Part shown: positions 44,795 through 57,885 of the stretch, in pieces
Layout: the number at the start of each line of letters is the position of its first letter
Position numbering within the stretch: position 1 is the stretch's first letter
NCBI GenBank assembly: GCA_012295275.1
Contig: CM022672.1
Location: 14,260,001 to 14,324,000, forward strand
Reading direction: 5' to 3'
DNA length: 64,000 nt
Origin: Chrysomallon squamiferum
Lineage: Eukaryota; Animalia; Mollusca
Notes under the pieces: model-generated
Told to the model about the DNA's origin: nothing
The model's database searches: none
What the model saw: only the letters and a program-made list of their open reading frames with translations
Translations under genes and position numbers: made by a program

Positions 44795-47700
44795 AAATTC
44801 AGGTCATTTCCATTAGGTGTTTGGTGCTTTTAATACAAACTGCCGATTTAAAAAAACGTTTTGAAATTTTGTTTCATTTTGCTGTGGAACTAAGATAAAT
44901 CAGTTAATTCAACAGAAAGAGTGCAAGGAGAACTGTCAGAAATGTAAGTTACATTTCTCTCAATGTATACTATTACAAGAAAGCCTTGATTATATAAATG
45001 GATAACAGGATTATAATCTGTCTGGAGAGAAGTAAAATGGAGTCTGTTCTTTCCTGGAGGAAAGGAAAAATGGATTTTCAATTTGTTAACAAAACCAAGA
45101 AGTAGGTCTAGATTTAGGATAATGAAATATTTATAGGAAAAATATATTTGGATTTTGACTAGAAAAACCAATGACATTACTAAAAGTAAGAAAGAAAGAG
45201 TGAAGAAAAATAATATGTATTACATTACCATAAAAACAAGTATTCATAACCAATACTAGTTGAAATATTCTGAATTCAGATGGTGCAAAATAGAATGAGG
45301 AAAAATGACTACGAATGCTAGAAAGTAATTCTGATATTGTCAGAATTGAGAAAATGAAATAAAATTTAATTCAAGCATTAAAAAACATCTTTATTTCAGC
45401 TCTTACTGAAACATTCAGAATTCAGGTAAAACAAAGAATAATGCTGAAACTAATAATAAAAAAATGCAAATGTTTATTCAGGTAAAAAAAAGAAAAAAGA
45501 ATAATTTGGAATATAAGAAAATAGAAAAGAATAATTGCAGCATTTATGAATTAACCTGAGTTAATGTTAAACTTTATAAACATTATTTTTAAGATTCAGG
45601 CTCAGGATCTGTCTCCAAATCACTAAAGTTCAGCAGTATTGAGCTGATAGAAATAAAGAGCTATTAACAATATTAATTATATATAATTTCATACAGTGAT
45701 TTTTCATTATCACTACACTGTGTATATAATTATTGCTGTAGTTAAGTAATTATTTTCACAAAAACTAACCATATTAATGATGCCTAATGTACTGAGTGCA
45801 TTGATGCAAAAAAAAAAGATGATATTTTCATATTTTGTTTCACATTTTTTCTTCACAAAAATGTTTAACAGTGTTATGCTTGGCATAGTTGTTGATCTGA
45901 AATAGTTCAGGTCTTTTTGTGGGTTTTTTTTTTTTACCCTAGGCTTTTTTATTTTTTCACAACCAGAAATGTTTACAGTTTCACAAAATATAAATAGAAC
46001 AAAGATGTATTGATAAAATATTTGTTGCTGATTGAAGTTTAACCTTTGATACTTGTTGATGATAACTACTGGTTAGTTTGAACAAATTGTGATTGCTTTA
46101 TTGAATATTATTATTATTATTATTATCGTTACCATTATCATCATCATCATCTTTTTAAAATCAATTTTATAGCTTGTTGTTTATTTTATTTATTTTATAT
46201 TTTTATATTTTTTTTGTTAAATGATAAAAATTAAAATTATATGACATTAGGATAACTGTGTTTCTGTTTTTTCTTGTTCTTCATTTGTTTTCTTTTTTGC
46301 TGGGTTTTTTTTTTGGGGGGAAGAGGGGCAAGGTTCAATGTATTGATCAGAACTAAAAATTTCCTTTAATGTTTTGTTAATAAATTGATTAATGATACAA
46401 ATAAAAACGATTTATTAGAAAATATTTCTTATGAAATATTAATTTAACATGTGTTGATTAAAACGTATAAAAATAATGATCTGAATAAATTAAATTTAAA
46501 TGCAAATTTAAAGATAAATATGAACTTGAAATATAATCCATCCATACCAAATGCCTTACTTAATGTACAGCTAGACTGTTATTAACACAATAAAATCACA
46601 TCAACATATTATGTCAATATACTCACAGTCCAACATGGATAAAGAAATAGGTGTGATGAAAACAATAAGGCTATAATTATTATTATTATTATCACTATGT
46701 ACAGTGTATATTCATTATTCAACCATTACTTCATCACTGTAAGTTTTGATTTTTGTTACTGTTGCTTTTTAATGGTATTTTACATACTTGTTTTATTCTG
46801 GTCATAACGATTTGTGGTTTTCAGAAGAAAATACAGAAAGCCGTAAAATAATAAAAATAATAAAAATAAAAATGAAAAATACTGTGGCAAGTTTAGAAAA
46901 GTGAAAAAAAAAAATTAAGAAAAAGATTAAAAATAGAACTAGCCAAATGTTTTTCATTAATGTTTTCACATTTAATTTAAGATAATAGTAAATATAGCTT
47001 GGAAGATTTAGAAAAAAAATAAAAATAGAACAAGCCAGATATTCTGTGTAATGCAAGAATAAAAAAATATAAAACAAAAACAAAAACAAGTATGACTGAG
47101 GTGTATATTGTTTAATTGCTGATATTTTTAATCAAAATGTATTTAGGCAATAATGTTGTATGATCAAGGTTTTGTTTTAAAATAAAATTGAGGCAGTTTA
47201 TTTTAACAGTGTAATAAACACACAAAGAAGCATTTAATTAGATACCAGCTGGTGATTAAAATACTCAAATTTACTTAGTATTCATTATGCTTACAGTTTA
47301 TATAATGATCAACTGTCATTGTCATTTCTAACATTACATTTTGACATTCATGTGGTAGAAATACAAATTAATATAACATTTCGAAAGGATTGTTAAAGTG
47401 TTTGGTTTTAAACATTTAAAAAACTAAATTTACTGCTTTTGGTATGTTAAGGTTAATATGTTAATTAACTGTTGCTATTAGACATTTTCATGTGAGTTTA
47501 TTAGAATATACATTTTAATGTTTATTTTATGCAGCTGTTTTGTTTTAAAAAGTTAAAAATGTTTCTGTCTAGTCAAAAGTTAAATAACCAGTAATTTTCG
47601 TTTGTATACATTTTATCGCACTAATGAAATTCAGACTAAGCTTCATGCAGAATGTTTTTATTTAAAAAAAAAAAAAATATATTAAAACTATTATATATCT

Positions 47701-47997
47701 AAACCATTATTATCATTATTAGTTTTATTATTATTAGTTTTTTAACGTTTTCATATTTATATTCATATCTGCTTTTGCTTGTAATAAAATTTAGTGGCTT
47801 TTCATATCATGTTAAATTTTAATGTTACTGTTGGACTTTTTTTTTATTTTATTTATCTTGTTTTGAAAGAAATTTTCATTTTCATCAATGCAGGTCATAT
47901 CTGAATATTTGTAAATATCATATCAACACATCCTTTCACATGTTCTTTGTTTTTTTTCATTATCATATAGATAAAACACTACTGCACTAGACAGATT

Positions 47998-48035
<38 letters not shown>

Positions 48036-49377
48036 GACTTTATTCTTTATTGTTATTCATTCTGTTTAAGTCAGTTTTGCTTTCTTACTTACCATCCCTG
48101 AACAATATTCTGGTGTGTGAAAGTTGAAATATTTTTTCTCTGTTACTTCAGCAAAACTTGTTTGATTTTTTTTAAGAAACATTTGATAATATATTTTATA
48201 AACTGGGAAATATCTGCTGATTTTTTTTAAATTTTTTTTTTTTTTTTAATATCCAGTTCAAAAATATTGAACAGAAATGCAAAAATATTTACAAATATTT
48301 TATCATTACTTTCACCTTTTTTTTTTTCTTTTTTTTTTTTTTGCCCCCATTCAATGTCAGTATTGAAAAGCACCGTTTCAAGAGGCAGTAAACTTTGATA
48401 TATTTGTTAATTCTGCAACCTTACATTATTTTAAACAAAAGTCATTTCAAATGATCCAGGTAAATACTTAATAACCTCTGTGGGCATTTCAGGTTAGATG
48501 CTCCAGCATTTCTGCTTATCTCTATTCATCAACAGGTGCTGAAAATGTCAGTAAAAGTTTTGCTGTTTGAAGGATTGTCACTGTATAATAATATCCTAAC
48601 AACTTGATGTGTCAATGTGATCAAGATTAATACTTAAATACTGGTTGTGTGGTTAGGTAAGCTTTAAAGACCATCATAATTTTATAAATCGGAGCTGCAA
48701 GTAAGAAACTTGAAAATTTATACATTAGATGATAAGTCTAGTGATTTCTAAATGTTATTATATTCAACCTTTACTAATACTAAAGTAAAAACAACAAAAA
48801 TAATAATAATAACAATTATAATTATTATTATTATTATTATTATTATTATGACTATATGCTGGGATATTAATATTCGCATGGTTATTGTGATGTATTTAGT
48901 AACATTAATCAGTATATAAATGGAATCATAGCAGTTTAAATATATTATTTTTTAAATTTATTTTCTTCTTTTTCTTGCTTTTTTTTTTCTTTTTTTTTTC
49001 TCCCTTTGTTTTTTGAAATCATCTTCTAAATTCTTTCAGACAAATTAATGATGTTTATAAAAACCAAGAACAAACCTGGTATATAACTGTATCTTAAAAG
49101 TTGTACATATTCTTTCATAGTGATGTGAAAACACTTTGCAACAGCCACTATTCACAGATAACGTATGCATTTAATTATGTATATATTTATATACATTATA
49201 TACATACATATATATATATATATATACACCTGTATTATTTTATCAAACAGAACATTATTTTATATATATATATGCAAGAGGCTTGATTGCCAAGTATCTG
49301 TGATAATTATACAATTGGCTGCAAATTTCAGTTTGCAAATCTGATGTCCAAATCAGCTTTTTTGGATGTTCAACTTT

Positions 49378-49413
<36 letters not shown>

Positions 49414-50564
49414 TTCTTTCAGTTCATTCCAATTTATGTTGACTTTTTATTTAAATTGAGCATATTATTTTCTTATGTACAATTCTTTTTCTTTTTCTTG
49501 TTTATATTATTATTATAGTTTTGCAAGACATGCATTGTTATGTGGCATGTAAAAACAAACTGAATATATATATATATATATATATATGGTAGAATTTATA
49601 ATCAGTACATTTCAGTTTTTCACCACTTTGTTTTCAGACTGAAGGCAGTTTTCTGTTGGTATTATTTTTTTTACCTCATGTTTTGTTTTATATGTTTAGC
49701 TGTCAGGTGATGATGGTCATTATATTTTTTTAGTTAGCAATACCATGGTGTATATTTATATTTCATTTTTTAAAACAATGCTTAGAAGCAAATGTGTTTG
49801 ATGTTTGTAATTTACAAATTTTTGTTGTTGGCTGTTAATACATAACAGTGTTAGGATATGAAATAGCAGAACTGACAGTTTTTAGAAATAAGCTAAAACA
49901 AGACATATATAAATTAGGAGTATATGTTATATGATAAATTCAGTTAACAAGAACAAAAAACATATACCCCTACCCACATTTAAACCTTGGTGAGAATGTT
50001 ACTCTTTTTGTGTCATTTTCTGTAGCTTCATTCACAAGCTATATTCATAACAGTGTCATATCTGCATATACAAACATGTAGATCATGTCTTTGTGCCTTC
50101 ATTTTTATTAAAAAAGGATTTTCTTATTTTTGACATTTTCTCCTTCTCTGCAACTTTTCTTGTAATAACTTCATGTCAGGGAGAGATTTAATAATAAAAG
50201 AAGTTTTAAAACAATTCTACTTTTTCCCTACATTTCTGCCATCTTTTTTCCAGTTCTTCCTATGTGAAAATAATATAAAAATTGTTTTAAAATATTTTTA
50301 TAATTTTTCTAATTAAAGGTTGATTTGTTAAATTGTTTATGAAACCGTCTATTGGCAGAGCCTTTATTAGAATTTCGTTTAGCTGGAGTTTGAATATTTG
50401 CCTCCAAAATATTAAACCTTACCTATTAACAATGCGACTAAAAAGTCTGAATTTAATTCAGAAAATATAATTATTATCATGTCTTCCCATTTAACCATCT
50501 TCAGCTATGACCTGTGGAAAAACAGATTTGTTTTTAGAGGATAGGTAATTTTATTATAATAATG

Positions 50565-50602
<38 letters not shown>

Positions 50603-53390
50603 TTTCTCTTTAATGTAGTGGCACTGTAGCAGAAAATATTCATTTTAAACGAAGCACTGAATTTTCATCCATTATATTTTTTGTTTCCGTTTTTATATAT
50701 AATGCATAAGCTTGACATCTTTTGTTATGTTTATCAATGAAAGATTTCAGCATGTTACATTGTAAATAGACATTGATGTACATTGAAGAAAAAAAAACTA
50801 TAATTAGAAATAGTATTACTGTCACAAGCACTACGCAAATTACAGACTTTTATTTTACATGCATTGATTGAATGTATGCAAGTAACACCAATCATTTTAT
50901 TAAATATAAATGATGCCAAATGATGTTTTGTTTTTCTTTAAAGAAATGTTGATTTTATTAGAGAAAGATAGATAGATTACTCTTGGATATTTTTGGCTAA
51001 TCCTATTGACCCAAGATTTTTCCTTTTTATTACTATTTTGCTCTCTGATCAATAATGAAATCTTGTAACTTTTTAATTAACTGTTTGTAATTCAATGGAT
51101 AATTGGATTTGTCATTGGTAGAGAATGACAAAATGTTTCCACATGTAGGCAGAACACTGAATTTTCAAACTTTATTTTCAATTCATTTTCATTTTTCTGA
51201 AAAGCTAAATATCTCAGTAATCAAATTAGCTAATCTCTTTAATTCTGAACTATTCATAAATAAACTCTAGTTTTCCTTATTCAGATTTCTGCTGGCGAAA
51301 TTAGGTTTTGTTTTGCATTTATCTTTTAATCAAATTAGGCAGGGATTAAGCTGCATAACACAATACTGATCCACACTAGTTAGCCTTTTCTTTTGACATG
51401 TCAGACATGCTTTAATCAGAGTCACTGATGTCCTGTATTACAGATTCTTCTACAACCTCATGCTTGTAACCAGGTATGATTTACTTATTGGTAGCTGGAT
51501 TGACCAATTTTTTTTTATGTTTAATACTAATGATGCCCAATAATTTGGTTCCTTGGATGTCTCTTAAATGTATCACTTTTTTTTCAGAACTGAAATTTGT
51601 TTAAGAAGTACTTCTTTATGATGTGCACAAACTCAGTTAATGTCTTTAAAGTTTATCTCACTACAGAACCTCAGTAATTCCAACTTCATAGGTTTCCTTA
51701 CTGCTTGAATGGATGTTTTCTTGTGTGTCTGAGTTAACCACAGGAAGTTATAACTGAACAAAAGCTGCCGTTACCCATGGAAAGAAAAATAAAAAAGTTG
51801 TATTTTAGAATTCTACAGTGTATTAGACAAACTTTTTCCTGGGTTTGAAATTTTCAATTCAGTTTGTAAATATATATGTATTTTCAAATTATTGTAAAGT
51901 AAACTATTCAAACAATGCATCTTTTAATATGCTAGAATATTATAACTGGAATGATTCAAATGGGTTTTTGTTAGTTCCAAGTTGTTCCTGTAGGTGGCGT
52001 ACATGTGTCAGTACTGGAAACAGTTGTTAATCTGACATCTTTGGTAAGTGAAAGAGGATTTATACTGTTAAATATTACTTTATATCTACATTACAAAAAA
52101 AAAAAATAATAATAATAATAATAATAATGAAAAATAGTTGTGAAAATAAATTAAAAAATGTAATAATTTAAAAAAAAAAAACATCAAAATATCAAGCTAT
52201 AAGGAGTAAATGCAACCTGCAAGATTATCCCAGAAAAAAATATTTTCTCTTATTTTTGATGTGAAAACAACAACTAACAACAAGAAGAAAAATATTTTGT
52301 ACATGGTCTTGAACATTTTCCAAGACTGAATTTGTTTTTATCAGCAGAAAATTCATCTGTGAATACTTACATTACAGAATTTATTTGAGGTTTTTAGCAC
52401 CATCAAAATAAACGTAATCTAGAAGTAATTTATCACAGTTTGGCTGATAGCTCCGTGATGTTTTAATAGTAACTGCCACAAACTCACTGGGGATTACAAA
52501 CTTTCCGTTAACCCTTTGAGCCTGGCTTAAACAGAAAGGTTTTGGCATTTTGTATCTAGTTACAATGGCTGCAGTGCGCATGCTCACACACACATACACA
52601 CACAAATAGAAATAAAAAATATATTAAATAAATAAATAATTTTGGAATGAATTTCATTGTTTCAGCACAGATATGCATAAACTGACACTTTATTATTTGT
52701 TCACAGCATATTACACAGGACTGAAGCCTGCAACATAAGTGTAACAATGCAAAATATATGTTATTTGTCTCAGTCATGTATGCTTTGTTGTAGTATTGCC
52801 AACATAATAATAATAATAATAGTAATAATAAATACTAATACTCATTGATTTAAACCACATTCCATTCCAACCAATGTCGATTTGGACTCAAGTTGGAAAT
52901 TTATAGCATCCAAGTTTGTGTTTAATTATATTGTAATGTATGTATTCACGTTATCACTGCCTTAAGAAATATAGTTTTATTGATATGTATATTCTGTATT
53001 ATTAAAACCTTCATCTACTTTAAAACAAAGACAAGTTAGCAGTACAATGTGTTTAATACTTGTTACAAAATAATAATAATAATAATAATAATAATAAAGA
53101 AATAAAAAAAATATTTATTGGTTACTCGTGGTAGAAGGGATTCTTCCTTGCAAAACATTCTTAGCTGAGTCTGAACTGTTCCTTTTTCCCTTCCTCTTAA
53201 ATCTCGCGATCAGGACAAACAGTTTTTTGCGTCATAGTTTATTTATCTGTTTGTACACTACGTTTCTGCTTCGATACGGTAAAAACAAATATTTCAGATG
53301 TTAAAAAAGGACCCATTTCTTCGACATAAGACGAAGTCCGATTAACGAAGTTCCTAAGACTGCAGTAAATGACAATATAAAAAATATGAA

Positions 53391-53544
53391 TGGCCGAGTA
53401 TGAACGCTGTCACGACGGAGTGTGCCGAAACCTGTCGACCGCCGTCGACAGAGAAGTATGAGCCTAATTATAGGCGCGGCACCCTGACATCCGTGCGAAT
53501 CGCTCGGTGCGGTCGTTAAGCTGAACAGTTCTAAGTCGACGACT
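53391..53544. ncRNA. Candidate structured RNA or structured DNA element of unknown family
   Basis: About 57% GC (85 of 150 bases counted) in an AT-rich background, with six nested or adjacent helices forming a three-way junction plus a 3' hairpin. No match to any snRNA, tRNA, SRP or RNase P/MRP motif I can recall. Transcription is unproven. Confidence 0.4.
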
Positions 53545-53877
53545 ATCAGTAAAATAAAGTTTAAAAATTATATAAATTTTATTTATATATTTATTTATTA
53601 TTAATTTATGGTTACTAACATCCTAAGGCCATAATTCCAACTAAAAGTCGTTTCAAGGTCACGTTGTCCAAAAAAGGTTGACAAGAAAAGGTAAACAATG
53701 TTACGATAGTCCTATTAATACAAGACTTAGTCGAGTTAGCGATACTTCAAAAAAACAAGTCAGAAACTCAGAAAGGTTAATAGCACATACATTTAGTATC
53801 TCACCACAGTGTTTCTCTTCTATAAAGGAAATTTAGTTTTTACTTTTTGAATATATACCATAGAGAGAATAATATTT

Positions 53878-54259
53878 TAGAAAATCTGGAATAAAATGAT
53901 AATCACCCCCTAGTCTTTGAAAATCAAGTAATTAATATATTCAGTATTTATCTCGTTATAAAAAGTTATGAACCCCGGCATGGACCAGTAACATTATGAA
54001 AATCAACCCAGTAAATAGTCAGTGAAATATAGTGGATCTGAAAAATTGGCAGCCCATGCCCATTTAACCAAAAATATATTTCCTAAACTATTGGTCTAGT
54101 GAAGATAACATTTGATATTTACATGACTGAGACAAAATAAATAAATAAATAAACAAAACCTCAGCATTGCCAATTTTTTACCGATATAGATATTTCAATA
54201 TATTAATTACTTGATTTTCGTAGACTAGGAGTGATTATCATTTTATTCCCGATCTTCTA
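53878..54259. mobile_element. MITE-like foldback element with long imperfect terminal inverted repeats
   Basis: 53878-53941 (tagaaaatctggaataaaatgataatcaccccctagtctttgaaaatcaagtaattaatatatt) is the near-exact reverse complement of 54197-54259, with weaker pairing for a further ~25 bp inward. The outermost TA on both sides is compatible with a Tc1/mariner-type TSD. No ORF. Confidence 0.65.
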
Positions 54260-54290
54260 ATCGGAATCTGTCGTTATGAATGCAGTGATG

Positions 54291-54330
<40 letters not shown>

Positions 54331-55280
54331 CTGTCCTTGAAACGTTGTTTTGTCTGTCCTCTGAGCAAACGCTTTACTAATCGTAATGCAAGCCTATAAG
54401 CGAAACACTAATTCCCAAACCGGCATATCATTATAAATAAAGTAGGCTATGTGTTACGTTTAGCCATGACAAGTGGCGAAGTTAAGGTATGGCAAGTATG
54501 GAGCGTTCACTGGGCGCCACTTGAACACTTTCTATTAAACATGACTGGTATTTCTGAGCTGATTTTATGACAAAATCGTCTGTAAAACGGGTGTCAGATG
54601 TCTGGACGGAGCGGCAATTTCAGTGCGTGCTAAAGGTGCTATTGTTCACGCTCCTAGCCAAGGATCCGTTTCACCGTTACAGGCTTCGGAGGGAGTATAC
54701 GAATTATTATTTATGTGTTAGCCTAGCCGTAGCGAGTTACCTGTGTCGTGTTTTGATGCGATTTATCGTAAACACATTCAAGGCCGTTTTCTTTTTCTCG
54801 TTATTATCGCGCCGATATCGGCAGAATACAGACAGAACGTTATCAGGAATTTGCATTTATTGTTAGTGTTAGTATAGACTGTTAATATCTTCTGTTAATT
54901 TTTCTTTTTCTTTTCTTTATTTACTTTCTTAACTTCTCTTCTTCTTCTACTTTTTTTTTTTTTTCTTTTCTTTTTTTTCTAATGCTTTAGAGTTTAAACA
55001 GATTGAAATATCACATAAAAACGCATTACTTTTCTAAAAATAACATTATGGAAAGACCACTTTTTGGTAAAAATAGTACATCTACTATGTAACCGTCACA
55101 TTATTTTAGATCGCATACATGTTAAGATGAAAAATAAATAAATACATTTTCAGACCAGGGTAAGATATGTGTATATTATGTATGTATGTCTGTCAGTCTT
55201 TCTATGTATATATTAGTTTTTTTTTGGTGTGTGTGTGTGTGTGTAAATGCATACGTATGTATGGAACTCGGTATATATGC

Positions 55281-55322
<42 letters not shown>

Positions 55323-55512
55323 AAAGGGCTGGTCACGATTTCATAAAAAGAAACTGAAAAAAAAAAATCAAAATAATAATAATAATCGATAGACAAAAGT
55401 AATATTGGATTAAGCTATAATTTTTAATTACCGTCATCGCTAAATTGCAGCGCTTGATAATTATATGTAATGATTATCTTATTTTATTTTAGATAGTGAG
55501 GAAAAAATTAAA

Positions 55513-56194
55513 ATGTCGCGTTGTCTCTTTTCCGCCATCACACGCATTAGTCTTAAGCCGTATGTCAGGTCAAATGTCAGCACAAGGTAAGAATCATTTT
55601 CACTTCTTTTAGGAAAGAAAGGAAATTTTAAAATTTATAATTATTATGTCAGTTTATTTAAACACCTATGATCATTGTTGTTGTTTCCTTCTTCTTCTTC
55701 TAATTGTCATTATTATGATGATGATCATCATCATTATTACTGTTATTGTTGTTGTTGTTCTTGTTCTTCTTCTTCTTCTTCTTGTTATTATTATTTCTAT
55801 TATTATTATTATAATTATTATTGTTGTTGTTGTTGTTGTTGTTGTTGCCTGGGTTCGTTTGAAATCTCAAATTTTTAATTAAGCAGATATTCAAGAACAC
55901 TCACAAAAAGCTTGCCGTATGCAAAAGCACGCATACATTCACATAAGAACGCATTGGGAAAAAAGAGGGAACGAAGCAATGTTTTATTTAAAGACAGGCA
56001 CGGCGCATTTTAATTTTAGAGCTGTACAGAGTAATACATAGGGTTAAGAACATTACAGTTAAAAGAAATCCGGTACTTTTTTTCTGATAAAGTGCAATGG
56101 CTATTAATAATATGTATTTTTCCAGGTATAAATAATTCATTGAAGTTTACTGTTCGAGACGGAGAATAGCCTATTGAATGAATAAATGAATAAA

Positions 56195-56228
<34 letters not shown>

Positions 56229-56916
56229 TGGTGGTGATGGTGGTAGTAATAGCAGTAGTAGTAGTAATAGTGGTAGCTGGATTAGTAGTGTACAGTGGTA
56301 GTGGTACTAGTAGTATCAGCACCAGTTATAGTAGTGATAGACCCAGTAGAAGTGATTGTAGTTGGTGTTGATGTTGTCGTTGTAGTGGTGGTAGAAGTAG
56401 TTGTAATACATTGAAATAATATCAAATGGACCATTAACATTATAATAAAAGAGGATTCAAAAAATAAAAAATAATAATAAAAAATAAAAGTTAAAAAATA
56501 AATAATTAAAATTAAAAAGAAAGGTAAGGTACATTTTATTATATTTATATTTACTCAAACATAATATTTAATTTTATTATCACCGCAGAGTGCGCCGGAA
56601 ACACACCGTCACAAACCGGAAGGCTACAATGGACGATTTGCGCGGGGTCGTGGCGATCAGAGAGGTGTATTCTGGGAGGGATTATCTAGAGAATAAGTTT
56701 GCCGAGTTTATTAACTGCCCTTACCACACAAGTACTGTCAGTGTTATCGATGGAGAAATTGTAAGTGATGATTTTAAATTTATGGTTTTGTCTAAGATTA
56801 TAAAATATTTTTATTGCAAAAACAATAAATAAATAAATAAATAAATAAATAAATGTACAGATAATCAGTCGACAATTTAAGAACTGGTATTGGTAAAGAT
56901 GAAATTTATTTAATAT

Positions 56917-56947
<31 letters not shown>

Positions 56948-56966
56948 TTGTTGTCGTCGTCCTTTC

Positions 56967-57061
<95 letters not shown>

Positions 57062-57836
57062 TCTTTACAAGTTTATTGTCATTCTTCTGTATTAGGAAGT
57101 ATTTGTGATAATATTTATAGAAAACTATATATAATAGCTTGTAAGTATTAAAAATGTTTGTATCAATAAAAATAAAATAAAATAAAACTGAAAAAGTCAA
57201 GAAAAAAATGTATTCTGTTTCTCGTTTTGGAACTCGTTAAAGTCTGAAATTTCAGATATTAACTTTTTAAATTTTTTTTTTTTTTTTTTTTTTTCAGTTA
57301 GCCTTCATAGCAGGATATGTGGTGGATGACGGCGAAACGATAATACATCGTGGTGGCAGAATCAAAGAGAAATATCAAGGTCAAGGTATTATAACGACTT
57401 TGACTCAGTTTGTAGAGAATCTGTGTGCAGTTACAGGGAAACTTAAACGTGTAGGTTTCACAACTGCCAAGTTGAACGTTCACAGTCATTCTTGTGAAAA
57501 ATTGTTGATAAAGGTATGATATTACAAAATGCTACTATCCCTGAATTATTTATTTTAATTTATTACTTAAACAAAAACACAAATACAGAACATCTATGTT
57601 TATCCATAAACGCTTTATTTTCTGTTCTACAAGCGCCTTTTCTTAGCACCGTTCTAATTGTCTATTGTGATAGCTTTTTAATTCAATTCTTATTGGCTGA
57701 CTATAATTATAATGTATTGTTACACACCTCCTAAATCTACTAATAGGGCTGTATTAGATTGTATCTTCTACGAATAATACTATTATTACTGACTGAAAAA
57801 AATATTTCAAAAATAGTTTTAATTTTTTAATTTTCC

Positions 57837-57885
<49 letters not shown>

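Noticed and set aside
52381-52605. 74-aa minus-strand ORF with plausible-looking composition
   Set aside because: It starts in a CA microsatellite, has no recognisable domain and has no partner exons that I could link to it.
53391-53544. Identification of the structured element as a hammerhead, HDV/CPEB3-like or hairpin ribozyme, vault RNA, tRNA(Sec), U3, RNase P/MRP or telomerase RNA
   Set aside because: GAAAC and GCGAAU motifs are present, but there is no CUGANGA core, no consistent P1/P1.1/P3 nested pseudoknot, no cloverleaf, no canonical B box with terminator, no RNase P/MRP P4 motifs and no telomeric template or H/ACA boxes.
54567-54866. 99-aa plus-strand ORF in the CpG-rich region upstream of the GNAT gene
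   Set aside because: No recognisable homology; more simply explained as promoter or 5'UTR sequence where higher GC lowers stop frequency.
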